64,000 bases of DNA from Paraspadella gotoi. Taxonomy: Eukaryota; Animalia; Chaetognatha. Below are positions 1 to 45,819 of the stretch, in pieces. The stretch's first letter is position 1. Each line of letters begins with the position of its first letter. Under the pieces are notes generated by a model. The model did not search any database, was not told the DNA's origin, and worked only from the letters and a program-made list of their open reading frames with translations. The stretch spans positions 9,478,432 to 9,542,431 of the forward strand of contig CM119263.1 of the NCBI GenBank assembly GCA_051294375.1, written 5' to 3'. Both the position numbers and the translations under genes were made by a program.

Positions 1-562
1 ACAATAATAATTAGGAATGAGGGTAATTCCAATAATAGTAATTCCAATCATAGTAATAATAATAATAATGTAAAAATAATAATAGTAATAATGATAAAAA
101 TAATAATAGTATCATTAACGATAAGAATAATAATAATTAGGAATATGGGTAATTCCAATAATTTTAATCTGGTATTTATGCCTTTCTATTTATGATCAGT
201 TAAAAAAAAAAAATTGACAAGTTTCTGTCTATGACTTAAAAAAAAAGAGGCAATGGCCTAGTATAAATGTTAGGTACCATAATGATAGTATTTACTTTTT
301 TTTTTCATTTGCCAAGTTTCTGTCTATGACTAAAAAAAAAAATGGCAAATGGCCTAGTGTAATGCTAATATTCACTCATGATTTTCATTGATATACTTAA
401 TACTTTTCCAATTTGCAATGTCCGCAATGATCCTTAATTGTTTGAATTTTATTTTTAGTGCCATTAGTGCAATTTTTCTTGCTCAATACTCATCGTTTAA
501 TCGTTTAATCTTCTTATTGTCTTAATTGTCAAATTGTCTCTTTTATTTCAGAAAAAAAATAC

Positions 563-29490
<28,928 letters not shown>

Positions 29491-29903
29491 CTAGCGTATG
29501 GAGAGAGGGTGGGAGGGCAGATAGGGAATAAATGGTAATATTATTATTAAAGATAACTATCAAGGGAGATTTATGAAAAAAAGAAGAAACCTGAAATATT
29601 ATGAAGCTTATTATTAATTTCAATTTTAATATTATTAATATTAATTAAAAGACTGGATAATTTGGGTCGTAAAATCAAAGGCGAAATGATGACGGTTGTC
29701 GTCGTGAGTTTCTGAGCTGCGACGAGGCTGCAACGCAGCCTGCGTCGACATCGTCGTTGATAAATCATCGCAGCAACGACCTGTCACTATTTTTGCAACG
29801 GTTCTCAAACCACCTGTTTTTAGAGCTTCCATCGATCGGATTTTGAAAATAGATTTGCTTTCGCTTTTTTGAGAGAGAGAGACGGAAGGAGAAATGTTAA
29901 GAG

Positions 29904-30007
<104 letters not shown>

Positions 30008-30050
30008 AGAGAGAGAATAAGAGAGAGAGGGAGAAAGAAGGAGAGAGAGT

Positions 30051-30108
<58 letters not shown>

Positions 30109-30775
30109 GAATAAGAGACAAAACGAGAGTCTCATTTTTTCCCCCTCGTTGAATGCTAACGTCATTCCAAGCAGCCGACGCCATCAATAAACAATGATGG
30201 CGCTCTCGGCTTATTTCCTGATTTTCTGTCGTCATCGTTACCAACAGATGTCGCCAATGACGTCTCTGACGCTAAATTTTTCAGTCAGAATTCCGTATTT
30301 TCGTTGTTACTATATTTGAGGTCGACACGTTTTGTTTTAGAGTCATCGCAAGTTCGTTGCATTATTCAGAAATACATACGAAGATATACTGAATATAATT
30401 AATCATTTCGATGTTAATCTACATTCTTTTTTTCTACCGAGAAAGAAATATTATCAAGCAAATTTCTAAGAAACAATGAAAGTCTCGAGCAGAAAAAAAA
30501 ACAAGTCATCGAAAACCTTTGTTTCTACATAATGGAATTATCCTGGCGGATATCGGCTGAAGAAAGAGTAACAACGCCCATTGTGGAGACGTTGGGAGGT
30601 GAACGAGGAAGGGGTTGGGGTTGTAGGCTGCGGGGGGCGGCGGTTGCGGCTACGGCGGCGGCGGTGGCGGCGACAGCGGCGCCTCAGGTGAGTGTCAGGT
30701 CGATTCGCGAATCAAACAGAGTTTCGGTGACCGAAGGATTCTAACCTCAAGGGGTCAGGTTTGAGGCGGGAAATG

Positions 30776-33612
<2,837 letters not shown>

Positions 33613-34329
33613 CGGTAGTCGAAAGCAAACTGACTTCGGAGGCGGAGAAGGAAAAGAAATGACAAAAAAAAACAAACAAACAAAACGGGCGTCATCGATA
33701 GAGGCGCCACTGGCAGACGAGAAGAAAATCAAATTCCGAACCGAGATTTAAATCATGATCAAAAATTTATTTTACAAGTCTCATTTGTTCATTATTCAAC
33801 CTCAAAAAAACTTTTTTAATGAAAGTTTAAGTATAAGTTTAAGCTTAACACAAGTCAAAGATTTGCGCAAAAGCAAAGCTCATTCCGAAGGTGACTTTTC
33901 ACTATGAACGAACTTTGATTTTCTGCAATTTTCACCGCAAGTAACTGACGTGAATAAACGGGTCATGTTGTGCGCAACGAGCGACACCAATGGCTTTGGC
34001 GGAAACAAGAACCGACAAAAGTGCAATTCCAAGAGACAAAAGGCTAACTTGGCGCCGGGAAAGANNNNNNNNNNAGGAAGAAGACTAGATTTAAGTGTTT
34101 CCATAAATACTCTGAAATCGCCTGACGGGAGAAGAAGAGGAGGCCGAAGCAAATTTTTTTTTTCTTGTAACACTTAAAAATATCACGATTTTTATTAATC
34201 GAGCACTTAAAACCTAATGGAAGAAATAAGGTTACGAAAGAACAGGATTCATTCTCCGTCGAAGAAAATGCAAGTAAGGCCATTAATACGAATGTATTAA
34301 ACCATAGTTACAATTCAGGAAAAGAAAAT

Positions 34330-34412
<83 letters not shown>

Positions 34413-36419
34413 CTTTCCCATAACCAGAAATTCGACGCTTCTATTCTCTCAAATCATGACCTCCTTATAAATGACTTTTGACCCGAAAAAAGGATTTTGA
34501 CGATAGTCGCTCGCGTCACTGTCGTCGCGCGAAGGCGCCGCGTCGCGCGTGACGACGACGACGACGACCGCGACGACGACGACGATCGAGACGGCGACGA
34601 CGACCACAAAAAAATGGAGTCACAGTTTGTGATGTCTTTTTGCCCGTTGGTCCGAGAAGGCGACTTTTTCATCTGTCATTCGTCTCTTTGGTTAATCTCA
34701 TCCTTTTGGTTAACCATAATTAAATTTTAAGACTGAAAAAAAAAAATTCTACAATCTCTAATTAGTAGTTGTGACTTACTATTTTTATGATTGGGGATTA
34801 TGAAAGGCGAAAGCCCTAACCCAAATCATTAACCATAATCACTTCCCTGATCCCTAACCCTAATCCTTAGTCTAAACTTAAAAATTAACTTCTTTCCGAA
34901 TTTAGGATAAAATACAAATGGGCCGTTCAGTGAAATAGCCATTTAAAAAGATGGTGGCCAAGCATTGAATCGTTGCATTCGTGATTAATTTACTTACCCC
35001 CTGAAATTTTACAATTTTTTTTTAATTTTTTTTTCCTCTATATATATTTCCTTCCGACTAGGAGGATTTGTCTCTACTTTTTTTACTATGAGCTTTTCCC
35101 TTTATTTTCTATAGAAATTTTCTTTCTGTCTGCACCCAACTAGATCTTATTGTATGTTTTACACAAATAAAAAATGTTTAATCTTAATAACCAAAGGGCG
35201 GTATAAATAAAAGAGCATTTTAAAAATAAAATAGTAATAAAATTTATTTAAGTATATCCACCAGAAGTTTTAATCTTTTTTTCTGAAACAAAACAAGTCC
35301 CATTAAATTTTTTATATATTTTCAACCTATTTTACGAGATGGCTTTACAAAGAAGAAAGCTTTTTATAAGATAAGGTATTTAAAATAAACTTTATCTGCA
35401 CCCACAAGATCTTCATTGTACATGCTTTTAACAAAATAGCAATTATTTTTAAAAAAAATTTATTATTTTAAATCTTTTAAAAAAATATTTTTATATTTTT
35501 TAACAAATATTTTTTTTCTTATTCTATTTTATTTTATTCTATTTCTTATCCTATGTATTGATCAAAGCATCAATATATATATATCGAAACAAAAATAATA
35601 TTATTTTTATTTATAAAATATTTTTATAAGTAGCAAAATATTATTAGTTCCGCAGTAACAGTTAAGTTTAAGCCTTGAAAGTGATTTACATGTATTGGCG
35701 CAGCCACTGGTCTAAATTTCATTTAATCCTTTTCCCGATTTTTTCCTTTAAAGTTTTTCCTCTCATGAAGGCAAAAAAATATTCTACAACCGCCACCTTT
35801 GCGATGAACCCTTTTCGGAAGATTGCAAAACATCTCTCTTCGTTCAACCTCTTTTCTCTTTTATTTGCAAATGCTTGACATTTTTCTTTCGCAATCATCG
35901 CTTCACCTTTTTTTTCCCTCACATTCTCCCACGACTTTTCAGGGTTTCCCTTCTTTTTTTTTCGTTAAGGTCGTTATCATTATCTTGTTATCATCGACGT
36001 CATAAAAATCTCTTTTTCGTCCAGCTCTCTCTTCGTCGTTATATTTAGCTTCTCTTCCTTTCTTCCTTTCCTTCTCTTAGTTTCCTTCCTCATCATTTTT
36101 CTTTTCTTTTTTCAAACCCCTGCTCCTCCTTTCCTTTTTCTCTTCCTCCTCCTCCTCCTCCGTTTCCATTTTCTTTCCTTACCCTCGCTCGCGTCTTCCA
36201 CGCCTAAAGAAACGGAAGTTTTCGCTCAGCGGAAATTCGCGGTCACGATTTCGCCCGACGATCAAAAGGTGAGTTCCGTCGCAGAAACTGAGGCCGAGTT
36301 GAATCATTTTTAACTTATGTCAACAGAAACCAACAATAGGTTTTCAAAAGATTCTAATATTTTCATATTTCATATTTTATATTTTCATACAATTGAAAAA
36401 ATGTTTTTAAAATATTAAG

Positions 36420-36640
36420 CCACTTCATTCATAGGAAAACCAGGTACTTTGTGAGTGAATAAACAAGACTGTGAGACTGTGTGAGAGAGTCTTGATTAAA
36501 AACTTTCAGCGACCTACTATGTCATTATCTTGTAAGAGTGATGGAGGCCTTAAACTACCGAAGCCTGTCCAAAGTCAAGGGCAAGATAGCTTATTTATTA
36601 AATGAATGGATAATTTTTATTTTGGGAGTACCAATTTCAT
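36420..36640 (+). mobile_element. Dispersed ~200-bp repeat family, copy 2
   Basis: Same sequence blocks and orientation as 24801-25007. Confidence 0.8.
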
Positions 36641-37349
36641 TTAATATGGGAAGGTTTCATACATCAACGTTTCTCATGCATTCAATTTAAATAAAATTCG
36701 TTTCAAACTGTCAGTATTTTCCCGTTTTAATCATTTGAATCCTATAAATTATATTATATTATTTTAAATATAAATTCTAAATATTATAAATTCTATAAAC
36801 TTTGTAATATCTAAATGATACAACAGAATTTCACGTAATTCGTTTCAATTGACATCAAAATATATCGAATTTTTTAAAAGCGGTTTCTCAGGAAAATTTT
36901 TAATTGACCACTCTGTGTTGTCTCACATGACCTTAGTCGTGAAACAATCAGATCAAACTGACTTTAGGGTTCGAGCGGCCAAAAAGGATATCGGGAAATG
37001 GGACCTTCTCTTCCTTTTTTTTTTAATCAATTGTTTCTTCTCCTTTAAAACAAATATCCTTTCAAATCTTCCCTCCCGTTTTCCCTAAATACGTCGCTTC
37101 TATTTCGTGATTTAAGATCACCAGAGGGTAATTGTTCATTTTTCGTTCTTCACAAAAAAAACCTGAATCCAAAATAAACAAAACTCGTAGAAAATGTTTA
37201 CTTTCACTCCCGAAAAGGAAAAAGACTAAGAAACCATCGAAAGATAAACAACTCGACCCCCTCCCCTACAGAGTCGCCGCCATCAACCGATTTTCTCTCC
37301 ACGGTCGCAGGTGGCTTCCCTCGTTTTTTTAGTGGCGGCGGAATAGAAA

Positions 37350-40300
37350 ATGGAGACGATGAATCTAACGGAATTTCAGGGTAAGAAATCTCACCCATGG
37401 CCGGAAGGGGTGGTGGTAGAGATAACGTTGAAGATAATAATGAGTTTTGTTTGTTGTTACATCAGGAATAGTTAAAACCTCGTTCATTATTTTAATTAGC
37501 CTCCTGTTTCGAAGTTTAAAGGAATTTTTCCATTATTTACCCTTTTGTTTAAAAGTTTGGTGGAAAAATTATAGTTCAGGCCAAAAGATATTCATTTCGG
37601 GATCATCCCAAGAAACGCCATTTGTTTCTAAACCCCATCAAAATTTCCGCCTTTTTAAAGCAATCTTTTTTTTTAAAAATCAGTGGTTTACATGGGGGGA
37701 AACTGTGAAGATTGGGGGAGTTCTATGTGGGCGCGCCTCCCTGCTAATGTTTACCGATCGTGATCATTAGTGTCAACATCATCTTTGAGCAAGAGAACCC
37801 CGCCTCGCGGTCAACCAAGCGTAAAACCATAAAACAGCTTTGAAATTGCCGATATTCGTTTGCACTAGCAAGTTTATGTTAATAAACAGTGTCGAATAAA
37901 TTTGTCAGCGTAATTTTTTAAGATTTTTGAAATAAAAACGTTAGCAGGAATTCATTTATTTACTAACAGCATCAATTCACTTTAGTTACTTTTAAATAAA
38001 ACTTTTAAATCCAAATTCTCTTTAGTTATATATAACAGTTTAGCCATTATAAAAGCAGTATTAAGATGAATGATTAAAATATAAAATAATTACTGATTTT
38101 GTACATCGTGGTCGTAGTCTTTCCGCTATTATTTAATCAAATAAAAGACTATGTTGAATATATTTTTAGAGATGACGCCGTCGCCTTTTGAGCTGCAAGA
38201 TCTGTTGGACTCAAATACAACTGGAAACTGCACAGCAAACGTCACGGGAAACGTCACGAGAGGTAAGATTCAACACAGATCGTGGTTCCTTTTTCCTCAT
38301 TTATCTGAAATAATTTTTAATTATATCATTTATTTGGATTTATTTTACATGATATGATGATAGCTCTTTCCAAATGCTTTCAAAATGTTATCAAGACCTG
38401 AAGCGTAACGAATTCGAATATAAATTTCAGTATTATTCATCCTATATATACATTACAATGGAACATAAAATCACTACCCGCTGGATAATGGATATGGCTG
38501 TTACGTCCATCAGCTAACCCTCTACCAGCTGTCAGTGGCACTTGTCCCGAAATGTTCCTTGCAAAATAGTGACGGGCTTGTTAAACAACTGATAGCAAGA
38601 TAACCCCCGGATCCGAAGTTTCGGAAAGCAAGGCAATTAACGAAAAAATTTCAAAGACCCTCGGGACTAAGAACACTGAGAAGGGCATTGCGACCCCCTT
38701 TCCTCTCGATCACTACTGTACGAATTTAATTTGCTAGTCCTTTTATTTTATAAAAAAATATATTTTTACCCGCTTCATAATGTCGTCAATTACCACTTAC
38801 CATACCCCTTCCCTTATGTATAGAAGACCAAAATAGTAATAATAGTAATAATAATAATCTAGGTTGTCATGCTTAGTTGAATAAATATAAAAAAGGGTCA
38901 GTTCTTCTAGATATATATTTCCAGGTTTATATTTATTGGACTTCTGTGCGAATCGAGTTACCATATACGTAGTTATAAAGAGTGAATTCAACCAAGCACA
39001 TGTACGTAGATATTTTTTTCGAAAATCGGTACAAATACAATTATGGTGGTTATATATATATCTCGAACCATATCTTGTTTCTCAGAATCGTCAAGGCCAA
39101 GAAATCGACATTTTCTTAATCGAACGGTTCTATCTAACTCGGACTTAATCCGTCGCAAATGGAATCGGGGTTCCAATTTCTGAGGCCAGGCCTGATGCGA
39201 TGCCTTATGCAATGCGTGCTACCACTTCTAAATTTATGCTATTCCTACCATGCCTGCTTCTATTCCTCAATGCCGTACTTGATATTAAATACCAATGCCA
39301 CAACGCTTATATAAACACTGCCGCCGGAGTCTAAGATGAAAGGTTTGCCCATTTCCCTCTTTTCTCAAAGGACTCGATATATGGTACCGAATTACGCAAA
39401 CGAGATGGCGAATAAATAGCCACGCCCTCGAGGACTTGATGCGCTCAGCGCAACGCCACTCACGCCCCCTCTCGACCTTCCGGCAACCAAGAGGGCTTCG
39501 GCGTCGGGCCTCCCTGAGCCATCAGTCTCGGTGCTTACGCTATTAGCGTTCGTTCACCCCCCCTCTCGCCTCCCCGTATGATTACTTTTATGGCGTTCCG
39601 CGAAAGAAGGCCGGCCTTTTTCTGCTTGAGACGTTAATATTTGCGAGATCGGGTGACTAGGGGGATTCCGGCCAACTCTTTTCTGAAATATGATAACTCC
39701 ACTGAGATTCGTACACTAAACGAAATTCTTCATTTAAGGCGCAAATTTAGTTAAGACTGAAAAATCTCGAGTCCAGTGGCCAACTTCTTCAACATAACGT
39801 TAATTAAAATCATTCTGCTATTTCCCTCCAGCGAAATAATTACGAATCGATATGGCGAGCGAATGAACTCGTACAATGATTAATCCTAAGCACGCCCAAA
39901 TTAATCCAGCAAATTAGCCGCCCTACTCTTTGAATTGAGACCGACCGTTGCCTCGTGACGTTTGACGGCCGATTTCTCATTCANNNNNNNNNNNNNNNNN
40001 NNNNNNNNNNNNNNNNNNNNNNNNNNNNNNNNNNNNNNNNNNNNNNNNNNNNNNNNNNNNNNNNNNNNNNNNNNNNNNNNNNNNNNNNNNNNNNNNNNNN
40101 NNNNNNNNNNNNNNNNNNNNNNNNNNNNNNNNNNNNNNNNNNNNNNNNNNNNNNNNNNNNNNNNNNNNNNNNNNNNNNNNNNNNNNNNNNNNNNNNNNNN
40201 NNNNNNNNNNNNNNNNNNNNNNNNNNNNNNNNNNNNNNNNNNNNNNNNNNNNNNNNNNNNNNNNNNNNNNNNNNNNNNNNNNNNTTCGGGCTCTATGACT

Positions 40301-43300
40301 TGTCTTAAATTAAGGCTTAATTTTTAAAAAAACGCCTGTTAGAAAAAATCTCTTCAATAATAGTCATTCGAGTGTAACTGAATTTTAAATTGATATTTTT
40401 TTACATTAATCCAAGTCATTCTCGTAAAAGTTAGTTATGATGGTTTTTGATAAAGCTTATATATATATATTTTCTCGAAACATGAGGTGGTTGTAACTGT
40501 AACTAGTTTTAAAATCGTAATATTATTTCTTAATACTTGCGAAGTATCCATTATTTTCCCACCTTGGAAATCCCGATTATTGAGCGAAACATGCAGTGAA
40601 AATTGTGTCAGAGAAGGTTCTACGTTGAGCATAACACGTAGAAGGCGAATTTAGGAAGAACGCAAGGTTGGAGAAATTTTGTATTTTAATAGTAAATGTG
40701 ACAAAACAAAGTAATGGCGATAAAGGGTGAATGAATATCGTGATCATAAGCAACGGAGTAACCATTTTAAAATGACGTGAATGTCATTAATCTCGGCCAC
40801 AACGCAAGAAAACCGGTGACGACTTGACATTCACGCTCATATACACGAAGATACAGAAAAAGCGTAATCGAAACATTACAATTATATTGGTTGTACCAAA
40901 TTCATAAAATTCAGCTCCTTGTATTTTGATGCTGGGTGGAGTACAATATGGTATTTCCCGATCTTACGGAAATTAAATTTTATACCACTTCATTGATAGG
41001 GAAGCCAGGTACTCTGGGAGTGAATAAACGAGACTGAGAGAGTTTTGATTGAAACCTTGCTATGTCATTATCTTGTAAGAGTGATGGAGGCCTTAAACCA
41101 CCAAAGCGTGTCCAAAATCAGGGGCAAGATAGCTTATTTATTAAATGAATGGATAATTTTTATATTGGTTGTACCAATTGCACGAAACTAAATTATGATT
41201 TTTTAAAAATCATCTACAATTTTCTCCGTCTCCCTTGTTCACCTCCAGGAGGGGGCGGCGGCGGCGGGTTTCCCCTCTGGTACCATGTTCTGTTCCTGAT
41301 TGCCGTTACTATCGGCTACGTTTTCAACCCCCTCTGCTTCATCGTGATGCGGAGGCCAAGTCTCAGCGGCCTCACCATCTCCGTTTACCTCTCAGTCCTT
41401 GCCGTCGTTGACTTTCTCGTCCAGGTAAATTTATCGATTTATCAATTTAACCTTTTTTTTTTCCTATTCCATTGACGTTTTTAAAAAGGAAATGCGTCAA
41501 TTCTGATGAAAAGAATGTCACACCAGTTGTTAATTTGTAAATGTAAAATTGTTTGCATAAAATAAGCTCGAGTTTTAATCTTATTTCTGCATATGAAAAA
41601 AGCACGGGGAAGAAAGTTATAAAACAATTTTTTTTCGTAGTCTGAAAAAAATTAGCTTGTCAAAAAAGGTGTTTGAATCTGAATAAAAGATTTTTTTATT
41701 CTAAATCGTGAGTTGAATCTGGTAAGGTTATTTTTATAAAAAAGATTTAATTATTCATTTCATCTCATTAAAATTTTACCTTTGGAATTCAACTTGGTTT
41801 TTTTTTTTACATTTTGAGCCATAGTGAAGGCTCTCTAGTCTCTACCTTCTCCGATATTTTTTTTTATCTCTCCAGTCTTTTTTTCCAGAATTTTTTTGTT
41901 TTTGTTTTTTATCATTTGCCGTTTAATCTTTGAAATATTTTTTATTGAAAAAACTATTTTTTGTTTTCAATAAAAAAACTTTTTTACGCAGTATCAATTC
42001 TTTTTTTTTTTTTTTTATCAATTTGTTCCTTTTCTGTTTTCTTTTTAACTGCTTAAAATCTTTTTTTTTTCCCGTGTCCAGATCGCAGAATTGTATCAGT
42101 GGTTGCTCCTTACCGGCAACCTTGTGGTCAACCACAGTTTCGCCACCTGCCAGATCCAAATGATCACCGTCAATGGTCTTCTCGCCTCTTCAAATTGGAT
42201 CCTCTCCGCCGTCTCCTTCGAACGTTTCTACTCTGTCTACTATCCCATAAAAGCCAGGTGAGGGCACGGAAGCATCCATGAGCGATTCCTCAACGTCGAC
42301 ACTAGACTCTTTACACATTGTATCCTTTTTTATTAATAAAAAAAAACCATGGGTTACCATGGATCGGTCAGGAAAATTCGAATGAAGATCAGAAAATTTA
42401 TTTCTTTTGTTGGCGCGGGTGGAGCGACTGGGGGAGGGAATTGAAATTTGCTTTTTTTTTCTTTAAAATTTGTCGCATTGCTCTTTAATTCTCCTTTTTT
42501 TCTCAGGTTTCTTTGTACGATCGAAAAAGCTGTCATCGGCTGCTTGGTCGTCGTCGCCGTCAGTTTTTTCCTTCGGTTATCCAATTTATGGGTAATGGAG
42601 GTCATTGGCACGCACTGCATGGTCAGCAGTGCGACCTACTTCTCGAGAAGTATCCAACCGTTGATGGAGGCGATGCTCATTACGGGTGAGGATCGAGGCT
42701 CCTCTTCGAGCAAGTTGGTTACATTTCAAGTGTATGTCCATTAATTACAAACCCTTTCTGCATTAAAGTCATGTTTTTTTAAAACTTTATTGAATTGTCC
42801 GTAAAAAAAGCCTTAACATTTAAATCTTGAAAAGGGTGTAATTATATAAATGAGGGAATAGAAAGAAGAAGCTTTTAAGAAAGTGGGTTCCCTGCTCTCT
42901 TCCCTGATTCCTCAGTTTTTTTTTTTAAAGAGAGAGGGGGAGAGATTATTCAATTTTTGTGTCAATTTGATTTTGATTATTTTTTTTTCGTTTTTCTTTC
43001 CCAATTTGGTTTGTCGAATCTGCTTACTTTGTTGGTTTGTCGGTCCGTCTGTAATCTTTTGTCTATAAGAGTTTGTTTTTATTTTGAACAACGAATTTAT
43101 TTAGAATGAAAAATGTACATGTTTCGGCTTCAATGTAAGCCTTCATCACTGCAAAGTGAATTGAATTTTGACAAATTATTTTCAGAGTTTAAAGTTTAGA
43201 GAGAGAGAGAGCAAAGTTTACAACAAAGAATTGAGAAAAGGACAGTGGTAGACTGATAGTAAGTTAAGGCTGAGGACAAGTGAGTGAAGGAGAGTGAAAG

Positions 43301-44274
43301 AGAAATGAAAATTTGGTCAGATTGCCAAAGTAATGTAAAGGAAAAATTAACATTGAAGCCGAAACATGTTCATTTTTCATGCTAAATAAATTCGTTGTTC
43401 AAAATAAAAACAAACTATTCTCCTTTATTGCTACCAACGCAACGGAACGAAAGAAACAAAACAATGTCTATAATATCGATTTATAATATAATAAAGTAAA
43501 AAATGTCTTTCTGTCAGTGGGTCAGTTACAAGTCCGTTCGTCAGTTCATCCATCGGTCCCCCTTCATTCACTGATTAAGTAGCCCAATTATAATGTGCAT
43601 ATCCGACATCTTTTTCTTCAAACTTTTCCTATTTTTTGGTGCTTACCCCCCCCCCCCTCCACCCGATTCCCGCTCTTCCAATTCGGTTTAAAAAAAGAAT
43701 GCACTCTGTGCAGTGAAAAAAAAACCCTAAAGGAATCGACTTGTGTGTGGGTTTGTGTGAGCAAGAGCAAAATCTGTCTGAAATGTTTGAAATGAAGACA
43801 AATGAGAAAATGTGACACGATTCCGTCCCAAGGCTTTTCTTATGAGGTGGCAACCTGGAGAGAAACGTTCGCCAATGGCCAACTTGACTCTTGGCATTTG
43901 CCAAGTTTTCGAGGATCAAACCGATTATATCGAATTTCGATTTCGAATTCTCACAATTTTTTTCCCTTGATTTTTTTTCCTCTCATTTCCCCCCCCCCTT
44001 TCTCCCCTCGTCATAACTTAATTCGCAATTTATTGATGGGGTTTGCTGCAGCGGCAGCGGCAGCGGCAGCGGAGGAGCCGCGTCGGCGGATTCGGCGGAA
44101 CGGAGGGAAGGGAGATATGGCGAAATATTAAAGGTTCGCCCAAGGCGAATCGGAATCTCGCAATTCGGAGGCATCGCCCCAAAAAATATTCCATTTCGAT
44201 AAATTCAATTTTCAGCTTTTTCATTTATTTTCTATTTACTTTTCATTTTATGCTGTCTCTGAAATTCCTATTTA

Positions 44275-44336
<62 letters not shown>

Positions 44337-45819
44337 CCGACAAAAGAAAGCGATACTCGTTTTCGACTTTTGACAGGCAGAGATTTTTTCGCGAAAATAA
44401 ATTTAAAAAGGTTGCCATGGAAACTTACTCGCCAAACACGGCGCTATGCCAAGGCTCGAAGAGAGATGGTTTTCATGCTGTATGATTTTCTTGTTTTCAG
44501 GTTTTCCCTCTATCTTGATTACGTCCTTCAACGTCGCCATCGCTGTGAAGATTCAAAAGAAACGAATAATGATGAAGCGGCAAAGACAGCAATTGGAACG
44601 ACAACAACAGCAATCTGAGCAGCAGCAACAACAGCAATCTGAGCAGCCACAACAACAGCAAGATCATTCGCATCAAGATCACTCGTTACAAGATCAAGCC
44701 CAAAATCAGTCGCTAGAACAAGATCTAGTCCAAGTGCAACCTCAAATCCCCGAGGAGGATCAAGCTCAAGAGAAAGATCAGTCCCAGCAAGAAGATCAAG
44801 TAAAACGGGAAGAAATTGAAGAGCCAGCCCAAGTACAAGGCCAAGATCAAGCTCAACAAGAACCGGAGACCAATGGATCCCCTAATGGACCCCCTAATGG
44901 ACCCCAGAAAAACGGAGGCAAGAAAAGGGAACAGAAATGTGAACAGAGGAAAATGGAAAGAATAAAATACAATGAGAAAAAAAAACAAAACTTGTAAAAA
45001 AAAAAGTCAAAATTTCAAAAAACTAAACAATGTCTCAAGGAAAAAGGGGAAAGAGTATGAGTAAAATATCCAAAAGGACTAATGACGCTCTTTAAAATTG
45101 CACAAAGTAGGAATTTTTCTTCCTTTTTTCTCTTTTCTTTTTCTACTCTAGTTCCAAATAGCAGGATATAAACTATTTCAAATATTTTTTTCACCGTAAT
45201 ATTTACGGGGATACAGGGATTAAAAGTTAATTTATGGAGTCGCGTCAAGCCGCAACTACAAATGGTAAATGGGAGAAAATGAGAATTGAAATGAAGAATT
45301 ATTAAAAAAATATATAAGTTTTAATATAACTCTCGCGGTTTCATTTTTCATTAAACTGTTAACACTCGTTTATAATTTCATTAAAATTTTTCATACTAGC
45401 ACGACAAAAAATAAAAAAACAAAAGACGGCGAGCGAATCGAACCGTGACGCTCGAGACCAAAAAGTGATCAACATGTTGCTGCTCACATCCGGTATTTTC
45501 TTCTTCCTCTGCGTCCCAAACTGCATCCTCCACATCATCTTCGTCAGGTGAGCCTTGGGGTTCGAGGGGGTTTGAGGGACTCGCGTGTGATCTTTTTCAC
45601 AAACGGTTTTTTCTAGATGAGCGGCTTTTAATAAATTACTTTTTTTCTTTTCCTAGCGGCGTCACTGCAAACTCAACTCTTTTCAAAGCGCGGATCATCG
45701 CTTTTCTCATCTCGAAGTTCAACAACTCCGTCAACTTCTTTGCCTACGTTCTTTCCTCTGCCGACTTCCGTCAAGAGTTCGTCAAGCTCGTGACAAAGGC
45801 GTGTCCCGGACGTAAGTGA
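37350..45819 (+). CDS. Class A (rhodopsin-like) GPCR, FMRFamide-receptor/peptide-receptor-like, paralog 1
   Basis: Coding exons 37350-37380, 38170-38262, 41249-41424, 42082-42257, 42507-42685, 44501-44917 (probable GC donor), 45400-45547, 45657-45819; phases consistent. N-terminus has several N-X-T sequons (NLT, NTT, NCT, NVT twice). Motifs: TM1 GYVFNPL, TM2 LAVVD, TM3 Cys and ERF, TM6 FFLCVPN, TM7 NNSVNFFAY, helix 8 FRQEF. A perfect donor (C|GTAAGT at 45812) just before the stop could add a further exon. Possible 5'UTR donor at about 36270. Confidence 0.88.
40985..41180 (+). mobile_element. Dispersed ~200-bp repeat family, copy 3
   Basis: Same family. Fragments containing only the 3' part also occur at about 40882-40904, 48352-48445 and 51949-51994. 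Confidence 0.8.
43070..43416. mobile_element. 67-bp terminal inverted repeats; Penelope-like pLTR relic or MITE with a hammerhead-like motif
   Basis: 43070-43136 and 43350-43416 are reverse complements with 2 mismatches. The minus strand at 43149-43113 reads GTGATGAAGGCTTACATTGAAGCCGAAACATGTA. Confidence 0.55.

Noticed and set aside
38400-39983. GC-richer non-repetitive stretch as a possible ncRNA or foreign DNA
   Set aside because: No recognisable ORF or RNA motif; it lies next to a gap and may be low-quality sequence.
41030-41115. Hammerhead core in the dispersed ~200-bp repeat (ctgagagag...gaaac; gtgatggagg...)
   Set aside because: The core nucleotides and helices do not fit the consensus.
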